From assembly GCA_000004695.1 (NCBI GenBank), contig CM000153.2, positions 1,664,001 through 1,728,000 of the forward strand: DNA of 64,000 nt, in the 5' to 3' direction. The notes beneath the pieces are model-generated. The model searched no databases and had not been told where the DNA came from. It saw only the letters and a list, made by a program, of their open reading frames with translations. The stretch comes from Dictyostelium discoideum (lineage: Eukaryota). Shown one piece after another: positions 1 through 9,586 of the stretch. The translations under genes and the position numbers were made by a program. Numbering within the stretch: position 1 is the first letter of the stretch; each line of letters starts with the position of its first letter.

Positions 1-404
1 AAATCAAATTGTTAAGATACACGTGAAAAGTAATTCATCCTTTTCTATCCTTAATCTCGGTCAATTTTAACCAATCTTTCAAAAAAAATCACCAATCCAC
101 CACGATCTACAGATCTAACTTACCAAATCGCCGATTCAAAGGAATCCCATCGAGATGAATTCCTACGCAGACGCGGCTAAAATGGCCAACCCCTCCACCC
201 ATATGGACGAGGCATCAGAGAACTTCATTAAGGAATTCTCCACAAAAACAGCAGAGATAAAGGAGACCTACCCCAAATTATCAATAGGCCTCAAAGACAT
301 CTCCAAATACTGCGAGACCATATTGAACATGACTGCTCTCTCAACCTACGAGAAAAACAACGGATTCTACCCAATTACACTCGAATTCCCCAAAATGGAT
401 CTCA

Positions 405-504
405 NNNNNNNNNNNNNNNNNNNNNNNNNNNNNNNNNNNNNNNNNNNNNNNNNNNNNNNNNNNNNNNNNNNNNNNNNNNNNNNNNNNNNNNNNNNNNNNN
501 NNNN
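405..504. other. assembly gap (exactly 100 N)
   Basis: Run of 100 n characters; a standard scaffold-gap placeholder. Confidence 0.95.
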
Positions 505-531
505 CAAAGCTTTGCAGACGATTCGGCTTCA

Positions 532-2097
532 ATGGTCCCAGACTCTCAACAACTTGAATTAGTACTACAACACTTCAATTCATTTTGCAAAGCCACTTCC
601 TCAAAACTAAACATCGACAAATCTTCATCAATTCTTATAGGCAACCCAGACAATACCAACCAAAGAATTCCAATATCTACAAATCCAGAAAGATACTTGG
701 GATACTTCTTCACAGGCAAAGGGATAACAAGAAAAATGCCAGAAATATTAAACACAATAAGATCATCCTTAGTACTATGGAAAACCACTGACTCAACAAT
801 CAAAACCAAAACCAACATCCTCAAAGCATTCGCACTCTCTAAATTAACCTACTATTCATATGTAGAGAACTTTAAGGAAGAGGAATTAAACCAAATCAAT
901 AAATTGGTCGAATGGTTTTTATCGGCACCTAACAACAAAAATGCTAGTGGATTTCAAGTTATTAATTTAATGAGAACCAAAAGAGCAAGATACCCACTAA
1001 ATGTAGGGGGCTGGAACATTTGGAATATAGAATTGAGACAACTGGCGCAGAAACTTTGGATCATAAACCAGTTCATCCTAGCACTAGAAACCAAACAAAC
1101 AAACTCATCTCATCACAAAAGCTGGGAATATCAGATCCAAAAAAACAAATTCACATCCAGATACCTAAAAGAAAACTTAGACGAATGGAACAAAATAAGA
1201 ATAAAAAAAGCAATCTTCAACAATAATCTCACATCCATAAAAAACGAAAATGGACAACCACTTTCACTGGCAGAATGGTATACCACAATTCAAGACCAAA
1301 ATCCAACCATCCCTAAAACGGAATTCCAATCATCTCTAAACTTAAGAGGCTACAGCTATAATCAACTCTTCAACAACATACTGAAGATAAAAGACCCTAA
1401 AACAAGAGACACAATGTTTAGATTCCATGCCAGATGCCTTCCAATAAACTACCTTCACAACAAACAATGCCCACTCTGCAAAGAAGATATGAGCAAAGAC
1501 CCATACGGTCACCTGTTCTTCTCATGCAAGAAAACAAAACAATTCATAAAAATAAATAAACTCAAAAATTTCATCTATATTACCACAGGCAAAGGTAAAA
1601 ACTGGCACCATACAAGAATTAGGCAAAATAACAATTTCATTAATAGAATAACTCCAAAATTATCACCGATAGCCAAAAAAGATCAAGAAGTGAATGCAGA
1701 TTACGCCAACCTCAGATTCCACAAAGAATACTTTGAATGGAACTATAAAGCAATAGACTATGATCTAACTAGATCATTCGCATATAGAAACCTAATGGCC
1801 CTTATCCTCCACAACATTTGGATTTGGATTTGCAATCAAATATACAGTGAAGATCCTTTAACAGATGAATCACTATCATACAGCTCCCTTCTAAAGAAAT
1901 GGCACAAATTGGCCACTCTAGAATACATCAAAAAAGCAAAAGATCTGAAAAACTTATCAGCAAAAGACCATAATAACTTCAAAGATCCTAAGATCCTTCT
2001 CACTTCAACGATCAAGCTAAGAAAAACAACAGCTAATTACTATTGTATTCCAGAATCATCTCTCCCAAATATTATATCTTTTGATCAATTCATATGA
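532..2097 (+). CDS. retrotransposon ORF2 C-terminal segment (RT thumb + CCHC-like zinc motif), 521 aa as given
   Basis: Six-frame ORF 532..2097; see motifs above. The upstream ORF 155..562 is probably the same reading frame, interrupted by the N gap. Confidence 0.55.
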   Translation: MVPDSQQLELVLQHFNSFCKATSSKLNIDKSSSILIGNPDNTNQRIPISTNPERYLGYFFTGKGITRKMPEILNTIRSSLVLWKTTDSTIKTKTNILKAFALSKLTYYSYVENFKEEELNQINKLVEWFLSAPNNKNASGFQVINLMRTKRARYPLNVGGWNIWNIELRQLAQKLWIINQFILALETKQTNSSHHKSWEYQIQKNKFTSRYLKENLDEWNKIRIKKAIFNNNLTSIKNENGQPLSLAEWYTTIQDQNPTIPKTEFQSSLNLRGYSYNQLFNNILKIKDPKTRDTMFRFHARCLPINYLHNKQCPLCKEDMSKDPYGHLFFSCKKTKQFIKINKLKNFIYITTGKGKNWHHTRIRQNNNFINRITPKLSPIAKKDQEVNADYANLRFHKEYFEWNYKAIDYDLTRSFAYRNLMALILHNIWIWICNQIYSEDPLTDESLSYSSLLKKWHKLATLEYIKKAKDLKNLSAKDHNNFKDPKILLTSTIKLRKTTANYYCIPESSLPNIISFDQFI

Positions 2098-2194
2098 TTA
2101 AAATAACCCTTCAGCTTAAATGATAAGCCTTTAAATAAATATTAAATAAAACTCGTATTAACACAGATGGACATATATCAATCTTGTTAATCCA

Positions 2195-2241
<47 letters not shown>

Positions 2242-2249
2242 AAATTGTT

Positions 2250-2790
2250 TATTTAAAACTGGAATTATTTTCACCACATTTTTTGTTATAAAAAAAAAAA
2301 ATTAAAGGTATTTAAAAATAAAAAAAATGGTAAAAATTCACAAGATTTGCCAAGCTAATTAATTTTTTTTTTTTTTTAATGCGCAAAGATAAATTTCAAT
2401 ATTATCCTCATCATTTAAAATTGTGAAATTAGAAGTAATAAATGTATTTATCCTTTAACAAACACACCTAAATTTTATCAAGGGTCTAGAGGATAGAGGG
2501 ACAATCATTACAAGTAATGAATACTTTAAAAAAAAATTGGATTTCTCATAAAAATCTTTTCATTCCAAACATTGTGAAAACAACTCTAAACAATCTATTC
2601 AAATGATAATTTGACCTTTTATTTATAAATATAAAATTAAAATTAATTATCTCTAATAATATAATAATTTTTTTAAAAAAAAAAAATTTACATAATAATT
2701 TTTTTTTTTTTTTTAATCCCAATTTGAATCAGATGTTGTATCCATTGGAGCATTACTACTACTACTACTACTATTTCTTTTGCCTTTAAT
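2250..2790. repeat. segmental duplicate of 12350..12900 (3' end plus downstream flank of the NELF-B gene), including a copy of its last 14 codons
   Basis: Near-identical alignment read by eye (caaattgtttatttaaaactgg … aatcccaatttgaatcagatgttgt(a/g)tccattggagcattactactac). The copy diverges after 2790. Confidence 0.7.
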
Positions 2791-2946
2791 GTCCAAACTC
2801 ACTAAAAATAATTAATATTTCAGACCTAGATTTGGATGTTTGTAAATAAAAAATGGTTGCTGATTTTTATTTTTTAAAGATTAAATAATTAATTTTTTTT
2901 TTTGACAAAATACACCACCTGGCTTTTAATTGATATAAAAAAGACA

Positions 2947-3001
2947 GTTGACGAAGGTTTCTTTGAATGTAAGGAAATGTTAGATTTGCTGTAAGGTCAA
3001 C
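2947..3001 (-). ncRNA. Class I ncRNA gene (Dictyostelium class I RNA family), ~55 nt
   Basis: On the minus strand: GTTGAC-CCTTACAGCAA-…-GTCAAC. This is the conserved 11-nt Class I motif directly after the 5' half of a terminal stem whose 3' half is the exact complement. A DUSE-like box lies 72-80 nt upstream on the same strand. Confidence 0.6.
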
Positions 3002-3072
3002 TTTAATGTTTCTCACATTTTCTTAAAATGATATAAACATATAAAATTGAAACATTAAAATTAAAAATAGAA

Positions 3073-3081
3073 ATATGGGAT
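3073..3081 (-). promoter_or_regulatory. DUSE-like upstream element (ATCCCATAT, one mismatch) for the Class I RNA at 2947-3001
   Basis: Plus strand atatgggat; its spacing to the RNA 5' end matches the other copies. Confidence 0.45.
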
Positions 3082-3148
3082 CCAATCCTCCTCAAATCTT
3101 TTATTTTCTTATTTAATTAATAAAAAATAATTAATTTTGTTTGAAAAT

Positions 3149-3182
<34 letters not shown>

Positions 3183-3189
3183 CTCAATT

Positions 3190-3840
3190 TTTTTTTTTTT
3201 TTTCTCAAAAACCCATAAAAAGTTTTAATCAAATATCAATACCATTTTTAAATTTGAATTAAATATATTTTCGACGGGCATATCAGGACATCGAGTTTAA
3301 AACCTATTCAGACTCCAGAATACAAATTAATTTGAGCGGCAACGTTCATATCAATCTGCACTTAACAAATCATTAGAGGAATGGTTGCAAAATCATCCTC
3401 TGATGGTTAAAAAAATGCTGAGAAGTAACAGCATTAAAAAAAACATTTAGACCATAGTGGTGAGTCTTAAAATCCCAACCAGTTAGTAGAGACTAAAAAT
3501 CTACAAACAATAAACTCGATCTGATAACTGAAATGTCTTTTTTATTTTATTATTATTTTATTTAATTTTTTTATAATGGTAATAGAAATGGAAATGATAA
3601 TGTGACATCCTTGTTTACACCAACTAAAACTTTATTATATCTAAAGAAAACTAATTGCAATAAAAGAAGTTTAAGAAGAAAAAAAATAAAAATAAAAAAA
3701 AAGTGATAATAATTTTATTGATGATAATAAATAATTATAAATGTACGTCATATTACTATAAATAATATTACTTTATATTTACTAATTTATTTATTAATAT
3801 ATATTTTAATATTTATTAAATTAAAAAAAAAAAAAAAATT
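3190..3840. repeat. ~650-bp non-coding block (block M) repeated at 10738..11340 with a ~60-bp indel
   Basis: Shared strings cccataaaaagttttaatcaaatatcaataccatttttaaatttgaattaaatatatttt…gagcggcaacgttc…gctgagaagta(a/t)cagcattaaaaaaaacattt…taatggtaat(a/g)…aatggaaatg(a/g)taatgtgacatcc… in the same order. Confidence 0.7.
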
Positions 3841-3874
3841 TTTGAAATGTGATTTTAATCTCAAAACAATTAAG

Positions 3875-3903
3875 TTGATCCTACAAAAGAAACCTTCGTC
3901 AAC
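3875..3903 (+). pseudogene. degenerate/truncated Class I RNA-like remnant
   Basis: gttgatcctacaaaagaaaccttcgtcaac keeps the terminal stem halves but the CCTTACAGCAA motif is decayed (cctacaaaag), the total is only ~29 nt, and there is no DUSE upstream. Confidence 0.3.
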
Positions 3904-4016
3904 TGTCTTTTTTTTTTTTTTTTTTCTTTCAATTAATATTATTTCAAGTCTAAATTTAAATTTTTAGATTTACAAAATGCAAATTGGTAATTATTGATGA
4001 GAAAAATCCTATTTTT

Positions 4017-4065
<49 letters not shown>

Positions 4066-4121
4066 CTTGACAATTTAACAAGAAATTAAAAAAAAGTTTG
4101 TTTTTTTTATTAGTTAATACT

Positions 4122-4130
4122 ATCCCACAA
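4122..4130 (+). promoter_or_regulatory. DUSE (ATCCCACAA) 72-80 nt upstream of the Class I RNA at 4202
   Basis: Exact match to the (A/T)CCCA(C/T)AA consensus at the canonical distance. Confidence 0.6.
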
Positions 4131-4201
4131 AATTATTTTTTATTTAAAATTTCTTAAATAATTAATTATTTCAATCTTTTTTTAAATGTGCAAACATTTA
4201 A

Positions 4202-4257
4202 GTTGACCTTACAGCAAATCTTACAGTTCCTTCATTCTAAGAAAACCTTCCGTCAAC
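4202..4257 (+). ncRNA. Class I ncRNA gene, 56 nt
   Basis: gttgaccttacagcaaatcttacagttccttcattctaagaaaaccttccgtcaac: a 6-bp terminal stem GTTGAC/GTCAAC, with CCTTACAGCAA immediately after the 5' stem half. Confidence 0.7.
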
Positions 4258-4269
4258 TGTCTTTTTATT

Positions 4270-4555
4270 AATTAATTATTTATTTTGTATTACCATCATT
4301 AACTCTTGTATTTAATTCTTGAGCAATAATATATGTTAATTTAAGTTTTTTTAAAATTTAATAAGATTAAATTAAAAAATGATAATAAATAATTTTTTAA
4401 ATTTTTTAATCTTTTTTTAAATTAATTAAATAATAAATATATTAAAATATTATTTCTACTTATTGTTTAATTTTATCACAAAGTTACTTTATTAAATTTT
4501 ATTACAAAATAAAGGTATGAATAAGAAATTAATTTACTAAATAATTTTTTTTTTT
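4270..4555. repeat. block X, diverged copy at ~12100..12345
   Basis: Shared segments (ataagattaaat…, tttatcacaaa…, ttacaaaataaaggtat(g/a)aataagaaatta). Confidence 0.5.
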
Positions 4556-4733
4556 TTTTTAATCCCAATTTGAATCAGATGTTGTATCCATTGGAGCATT
4601 ACTACTACTACTTCTACTATTTTTTTTGCCTTTAATGTCCAAACTCACTAAAAATTATTAATATTTCAGACCTAAATTTGGATGTTTGTAAATAAAAAAT
4701 GGTTGCTGATTTTTATTTTTTAAAGATTAAATA

Positions 4734-4764
<31 letters not shown>

Positions 4765-4808
4765 TTGATAAAATACACCACTGGCTTTTAATTGATATAA
4801 AAATGACA

Positions 4809-4863
4809 GTTGACGAAGGTTTCTTTGAATGTAAGGAAATGTTAGATTTGCTGTAAGGTCAAC
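4809..4863 (-). ncRNA. Class I ncRNA gene (identical to the 2947-3001 copy)
   Basis: Same sequence as copy 1, minus strand. The DUSE atcccataa (plus strand ttatgggat, 4936-4944) lies 73-81 nt upstream. Confidence 0.65.
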
Positions 4864-4935
4864 TTTAATGTTTCTCACATTTTCTTAAAATGATATAAAC
4901 ATATAAAATTGAAAACATTAAAATTAAAAATAGAA

Positions 4936-4944
4936 TTATGGGAT
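4936..4944 (-). promoter_or_regulatory. DUSE (ATCCCATAA) for the Class I RNA at 4809-4863
   Basis: Consensus match at the canonical distance on the minus strand. Confidence 0.55.
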
Positions 4945-5236
4945 CCAATCCTCCTAAATTTTTTTATTTTCTTATTAAATTAATAAAAAATAATTAATTT
5001 TGTTTGGAAGAAGCAAATGGGAATAAAGTTATCGAAAAGGGTCTTTATTCTTATAAGATGATCAAAGATTCGCTGCTTCACCAGATGGTGTAATATTCGA
5101 TAAAATATCAGAAAGAGGATCGGAATGATCGAGATGCAAAAAAATATAAAAAAATTAAAAAAAAAATAAAAAAAAAAAAAAATTAAAAAAAAATAAAAAA
5201 AAAAAATTTTATCATGAAAAAGTCGATAATATTTTT

Positions 5237-6304
5237 TTGTGCTGCACTTTCAAATTAAAAATGTCCACCAAGCCAGTTAGCTTAACAAAAGAAATAATTT
5301 ATAAAATAAATAATTTTTTAAAAGATAAAGATACTTTCACCCCATTTAAAATCAAAGAAAAAGTATATGATAATAATATTTCCTTCACAACAATCCAAGA
5401 TAATTATGGTTATAATATTAATTGTTTACAAGGTGACAATTTGTGTTTAAAGGGTGCATCCAAAAATACCATCAAAATTTCAGTATACGCGTCGTTTTCA
5501 GATTTTTGGGGACATGCTTATTTCTTACATTATCATCTTGGACACGCACCAGCACATAAAATTTTAAAGATACTTAAAGAACTTAAACTTGGATTTCCAA
5601 AAATGAATAATGATATTTCAAATTATTTAATGATCATTTGTCCCATGTGCGTTCATTCTAACCGTAAAAATTTCAGTTCAAAAAACTTCGACCAAAATGA
5701 ATATTACAAAATATGTGAATGTATTGGTATGGATCCAGCACTCCTTATACAACCACAAATAATAAATCCACTTAACAATGTAAGAGGCAATGAAGAATCA
5801 ATGACATTTTCTTTTCTCACAGATCCAACTCCAACTGCGTACCTCGGCGAACCCACCCAAATAATAAATGTACCACCAACATATGATTACCAAATCATAA
5901 ATAGAGAGATATCAGATGAAATAGAGCCATTGATTTTTAAACCAATCATCAATAATTTAAAAATATTTCCTGCCGATTTGAATGATATTCCAATGTCTGC
6001 TTCCGTTCCAGAGCTTTTCGCTGAACCATACCTACATGTTTTCAAATCGTTTCCTCTTTATAAATCAAGTACTTTTGTTATTTGTATCGGTCGTTTTAAG
6101 AATATTGAAAATGAGAATTTACCCTTTTATTTAATAATAGCTGTAGATATAGACGATATTAAAAATAATGACCATATTCTATTAAATTATAGACCTTTGT
6201 TACAAGATCAAATAAATGGAAATTTTCATTTATTTGCAGAATTTAACCACAAAGAACACTCAAAAAAAAAATTAATAGAAATTGTACCATTCGCCAATTT
6301 GTAA
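5237..6304 (+). CDS. hypothetical protein with an HHCC-like zinc-binding motif (H-x-H-x2-H-x3-H … ~28 aa … C-P-M-C); part of the helicase island
   Basis: 355-aa ORF. LHYHLGHAPAHKILKILKELKLGFPKMNNDISNYLMIICPMC resembles the HH-CC zinc finger of integrase N-terminal domains. No DDE triad was recognised downstream. Confidence 0.35.
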   Translation: MCCTFKLKMSTKPVSLTKEIIYKINNFLKDKDTFTPFKIKEKVYDNNISFTTIQDNYGYNINCLQGDNLCLKGASKNTIKISVYASFSDFWGHAYFLHYHLGHAPAHKILKILKELKLGFPKMNNDISNYLMIICPMCVHSNRKNFSSKNFDQNEYYKICECIGMDPALLIQPQIINPLNNVRGNEESMTFSFLTDPTPTAYLGEPTQIINVPPTYDYQIINREISDEIEPLIFKPIINNLKIFPADLNDIPMSASVPELFAEPYLHVFKSFPLYKSSTFVICIGRFKNIENENLPFYLIIAVDIDDIKNNDHILLNYRPLLQDQINGNFHLFAEFNHKEHSKKKLIEIVPFANL

Positions 6305-6454
6305 ATTAAAAAATAAAACAAAATAAAAAAAAATAAAATATAAAAATTTGTAAATAAAAAGTTGTTTTTTTTTTATGGCAAAAAAAAAAAAAAATAAAAA
6401 AAAATAAAAATTAAAAAATTACTTTTTTTATGGTGAAATTTCATGTTGTAATTG

Positions 6455-6506
<52 letters not shown>

Positions 6507-6725
6507 GCAAACTAAATTTTTTTGTTATAAAAAAATAAATAACAAGCAAATAACTGAATAAAATTGGTTTTTTATTTTTCTGATTAAATAAATTGTTTTT
6601 TAATTTAATTATAAAAAAAAAAAAAATTTAGTGAATTTTTACACCATACATAAACAGCGTATTTTAGTGTAAAAATTCACTGCCGTTTAGAAAGCGAAAT
6701 TTCAAAAAAAATTCCCTACAACATG

Positions 6726-6835
6726 AAATTTTATGGTGAAATTTTTATGGTGAAATTTTATGGTGAAATTTTTATGGTGAAATTTTATGGTGAAATTTTA
6801 TAACCATAAAAATTCACCATAAAATATTTTTTTCA
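6726..6835. repeat. iteron-like tandem repeat: five direct copies of (t)tttatggtgaaat(t) plus one inverted copy (aattcaccataaaat), directly upstream of the helicase ORF
   Basis: Direct reading: …ttttatggtgaaatttttatggtgaaattttatggtgaaatttttatggtgaaattttatggtgaaattttataaccataaaaattcaccataaaat. A further copy, ggtgaaatttcatgttgtaattg, lies at 6434-6456. Confidence 0.7.
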
Positions 6836-6894
6836 AAAAAAAAAAAAATATAAATTTTTAAAAAAAAAAAATAATTATTCATCAAAAAAAAAAA

Positions 6895-9099
6895 ATGTCC
6901 AACAAAAGAGCCAGGATCGAAGATAGAGTTAACTTTTTAAAAGAAGAAAAATTTAATAAACCATATAATGTAGGTTTTAATTTAGATCCAAATAATGGGG
7001 AAGAAGAATATTTTGATATTGATACGAAAAGGGCTATTACCATGGTGGAAACGGCTCTTTGTACTTGTAAAATTGATGTCAGTATTGCTGTTTTTACAAT
7101 CTTAAAAATTCTTTCTTTAAAATTTGTTTTCAATACATCTGAAAATAAATTTTTTGTTAAAACCATTGGTTTCAAGGATAAAAATACAGGAAATGTTTCT
7201 TATGTTTTGGAAGAGATAAACGAATCAACAATTAAAAATATTCTTGGTTTAAATGATGGAATATCAAACAACAAATTAGAATCTGTACCTACCGAGCCAA
7301 TGACAGATAATATGATCTATGATGTGGATTTGGTAACCGATTTGGGTTTAAATAGAATTAAATTTGGTTTAGCAATTGAAGTTATGGAATATTTCAAAGA
7401 TTCAGAGAATTATTATTATCCAACGGGTAGATGTGGTTATACATATAGTGAATGGGAAGAAATATTTATAAGATGTCATTTGAAATCAAACTACAAAGAG
7501 AGCACAAAATCTATTGATATTTTGGGTTTTTTCAGATCTTCAACACTTGGTTACAGAGTCAATAATTTAATTTATGAACCACATGGCGCATTGGACCAGT
7601 GTGAAATTGTTGATGGTTTAGATGAGTGGTCCGGTGCATTCAATCAATTTACGGGTTTCCATCCAGAGTCGTTTGAACCAAGAAGAGATGAGATCGATGA
7701 TTTGGGTTTAAAGGTTGGGTGGAGAAATGATAAAAACATAATGAAAATTCTTTTTCATATTTATGTTGTTTGGTGTGATAGTTATGTCCCATTATTCCAA
7801 TATGTTTTATCCTGGTTTACAATATCTCTATTTGCTCCTAATACCAAACTTAGTAAACATTTAGTAATTTTCGGTCAACAAGGTTGTGGTAAATCGTTAC
7901 CAACAAGAGTTTTATTAAAATTATTCTCTGATAAGAATAGTTTCTTTGCTAATAGTGCCGAAGACGTTTTGGGTCATTTTAATCATCATTTAAATGGTCG
8001 GTTGTTTGTTGCTGTTGATGAACTTTCACCTAAATACTTGGAGCGTGAGAGATTTAAATCTCTCTTGACAGGTAGAGAAATGGTTATTACTCAAAAATAC
8101 AAGGGTAAAAAAAAAGAAATTAATAGGCTCAGATTCATCTGCTGTACAACCTCAAATAAAATCCAGAAAGGTCAAAGTTGTGTTCAATTATTAGTGTGCT
8201 CTCCAGTCGCAGTCGGTCAAACAAATTATTTTAAAAATTTGCACAATAGTATTGAAAATTTTGATGTAAAACTTTTCACTCGTATGTTGTTCGATGTATC
8301 TTTGGATAATTTTGGCAACGGTGGTGTAGAAATATCTAATCCATCCATTAATGCATATTCTACCACTTCAAATGTTATCAGATCTAACAGAAATGATAAC
8401 CAGGATGATAGTGTTAGTTTATACATTAATAAATTCTTGATGTCATGTATTCTTGATGGAGGTATATTGAGGGATGAAAATAATAATTATCATTGGCCCT
8501 CAAGATTACCAATTAGTAAAATAACCGAGAGATTCAACCAATGGATATCGGACACTTATCCATCAAGTAACGAAGTTAACGGTGAATTGGTTGCATCTGA
8601 AAAATCTCCTCAACGTTTGGTTTGTGAAAATATTATCACAAGTAATAATTTGATAACTTATATTTATCAAGCTGGTGGTTTTAAATATCTTTATACCACA
8701 TCAGGAAATAGATCGTCTATCAGTCTCTCAAGTAATGAGTATCAGTTTGTTTATGAATTTTTAAACAAGAACATTTCTTTATTCACACCCAAACAAATTG
8801 ATACACTTTGTGAAAGATATCTATCCCTTGGTATATCTGAACCAAATGAATTAATATCACATTTAACCTTAACTAAACAAAAACGAGTGAACCCTTTTGA
8901 AGAAATTGATACACATGTCTTTGAAGTTATAGAACATATTCATAAGAGTTTCTTAAGAACAAATGGTGATAGTACTTATTTTAAGGGATGGGGTGATGAA
9001 GTTGATCCAATTCTAAATGTTGAAGTTCCTGGTACAATGTTACTAAATGATCCATTTATTAAAACCCATAGGGAGTTCTTATCGTCACAAATTAATTAA
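6895..9099 (+). CDS. superfamily-3 helicase domain protein of the D5 / phage P4-alpha primase-helicase type (734 aa)
   Basis: Walker A VIFGQQGCGKS (nt ~7873-7899), Walker B LFVAVDELS (~8008-8030) and SF3 motif C FICCTTSN (~8140-8157) in the canonical order and spacing. ~300 aa N-terminal to Walker A includes YFDIDTK, a possible AEP-primase motif I. Single long ORF without introns. Confidence 0.65.
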   Translation: MSNKRARIEDRVNFLKEEKFNKPYNVGFNLDPNNGEEEYFDIDTKRAITMVETALCTCKIDVSIAVFTILKILSLKFVFNTSENKFFVKTIGFKDKNTGNVSYVLEEINESTIKNILGLNDGISNNKLESVPTEPMTDNMIYDVDLVTDLGLNRIKFGLAIEVMEYFKDSENYYYPTGRCGYTYSEWEEIFIRCHLKSNYKESTKSIDILGFFRSSTLGYRVNNLIYEPHGALDQCEIVDGLDEWSGAFNQFTGFHPESFEPRRDEIDDLGLKVGWRNDKNIMKILFHIYVVWCDSYVPLFQYVLSWFTISLFAPNTKLSKHLVIFGQQGCGKSLPTRVLLKLFSDKNSFFANSAEDVLGHFNHHLNGRLFVAVDELSPKYLERERFKSLLTGREMVITQKYKGKKKEINRLRFICCTTSNKIQKGQSCVQLLVCSPVAVGQTNYFKNLHNSIENFDVKLFTRMLFDVSLDNFGNGGVEISNPSINAYSTTSNVIRSNRNDNQDDSVSLYINKFLMSCILDGGILRDENNNYHWPSRLPISKITERFNQWISDTYPSSNEVNGELVASEKSPQRLVCENIITSNNLITYIYQAGGFKYLYTTSGNRSSISLSSNEYQFVYEFLNKNISLFTPKQIDTLCERYLSLGISEPNELISHLTLTKQKRVNPFEEIDTHVFEVIEHIHKSFLRTNGDSTYFKGWGDEVDPILNVEVPGTMLLNDPFIKTHREFLSSQIN

Positions 9100-9586
9100 T
9101 TCTAAAATAAACTGTTTTTTTTTTTTAATATTTTAAAAAATTATAAAATAATTTTTTTTTATTTATTTATTTATTATAATTTTAATTTAATTTTTAAAAA
9201 TGGAAGAGTTTGAAGAAATTACAGTACATAATTCTGACACGATCAGAAAAGAATTTTTAAGGAAAAATGCATTTTCCCTTAAAAAAAGAAGATAAAGATA
9301 TTTTAAAACAAAAGGACAATGAACCAAAGCAACCAACAGATATTAAAAAACCAAGAGCAGCATCAAAAAAATAGGAAAAAGAAGAAAAAACTGTTCCAAT
9401 CGTGAATGATAAAAAAAGACAAGCAGAGGTAAGAAAATATGTTTCATTTAGGAATTTTCATTAATTAAAAGGTGTAACAGGTCCTGATATTCCGAATAAA
9501 GCATCAACACAAGAATTGGTAATAGAAAATCAAAAAATGGAAGAAATGTTATCATCACAAGATCAAATGAAGGTTGCAAAGGTCTT

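Larger units (their letters stand above)
1..2240 (+). mobile_element. 3' portion of a TRE-like (tRNA-gene-targeting type) non-LTR/LINE retrotransposon; ORF2 C-terminal region, ~100 bp 3' UTR, poly(A) tail 2198-2240
   Basis: Long + strand ORF with LINE RT C-terminal/thumb-like sequence (…ISTNPERYLGYFFTGKG…) and the Cys-His motif CPLCKEDMSKDPYGHLFFSC typical of non-LTR ORF2 C-termini. It is followed by a 43-nt A-run. Elements of this style are the Dictyostelium TRE families. The 5' end lies off-window. Confidence 0.65.
2725..3150. repeat. ~430-bp block repeated at 4560..4990; contains a Class I RNA gene and its DUSE
   Basis: Near-identical sequence (aatcccaatttgaatcag … gggatccaatcctcc … taattttgtttg) at the two positions. 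Confidence 0.75.

Noticed and set aside
3451-3510. tRNA-like D-arm string (agaccatagtggtgagtct) inside block M
   Set aside because: No T-loop/box B (GGTTCGANTCC) and no acceptor-stem complementarity. The segment is also absent from the second copy of the block, so it behaves like an indel, not a gene.
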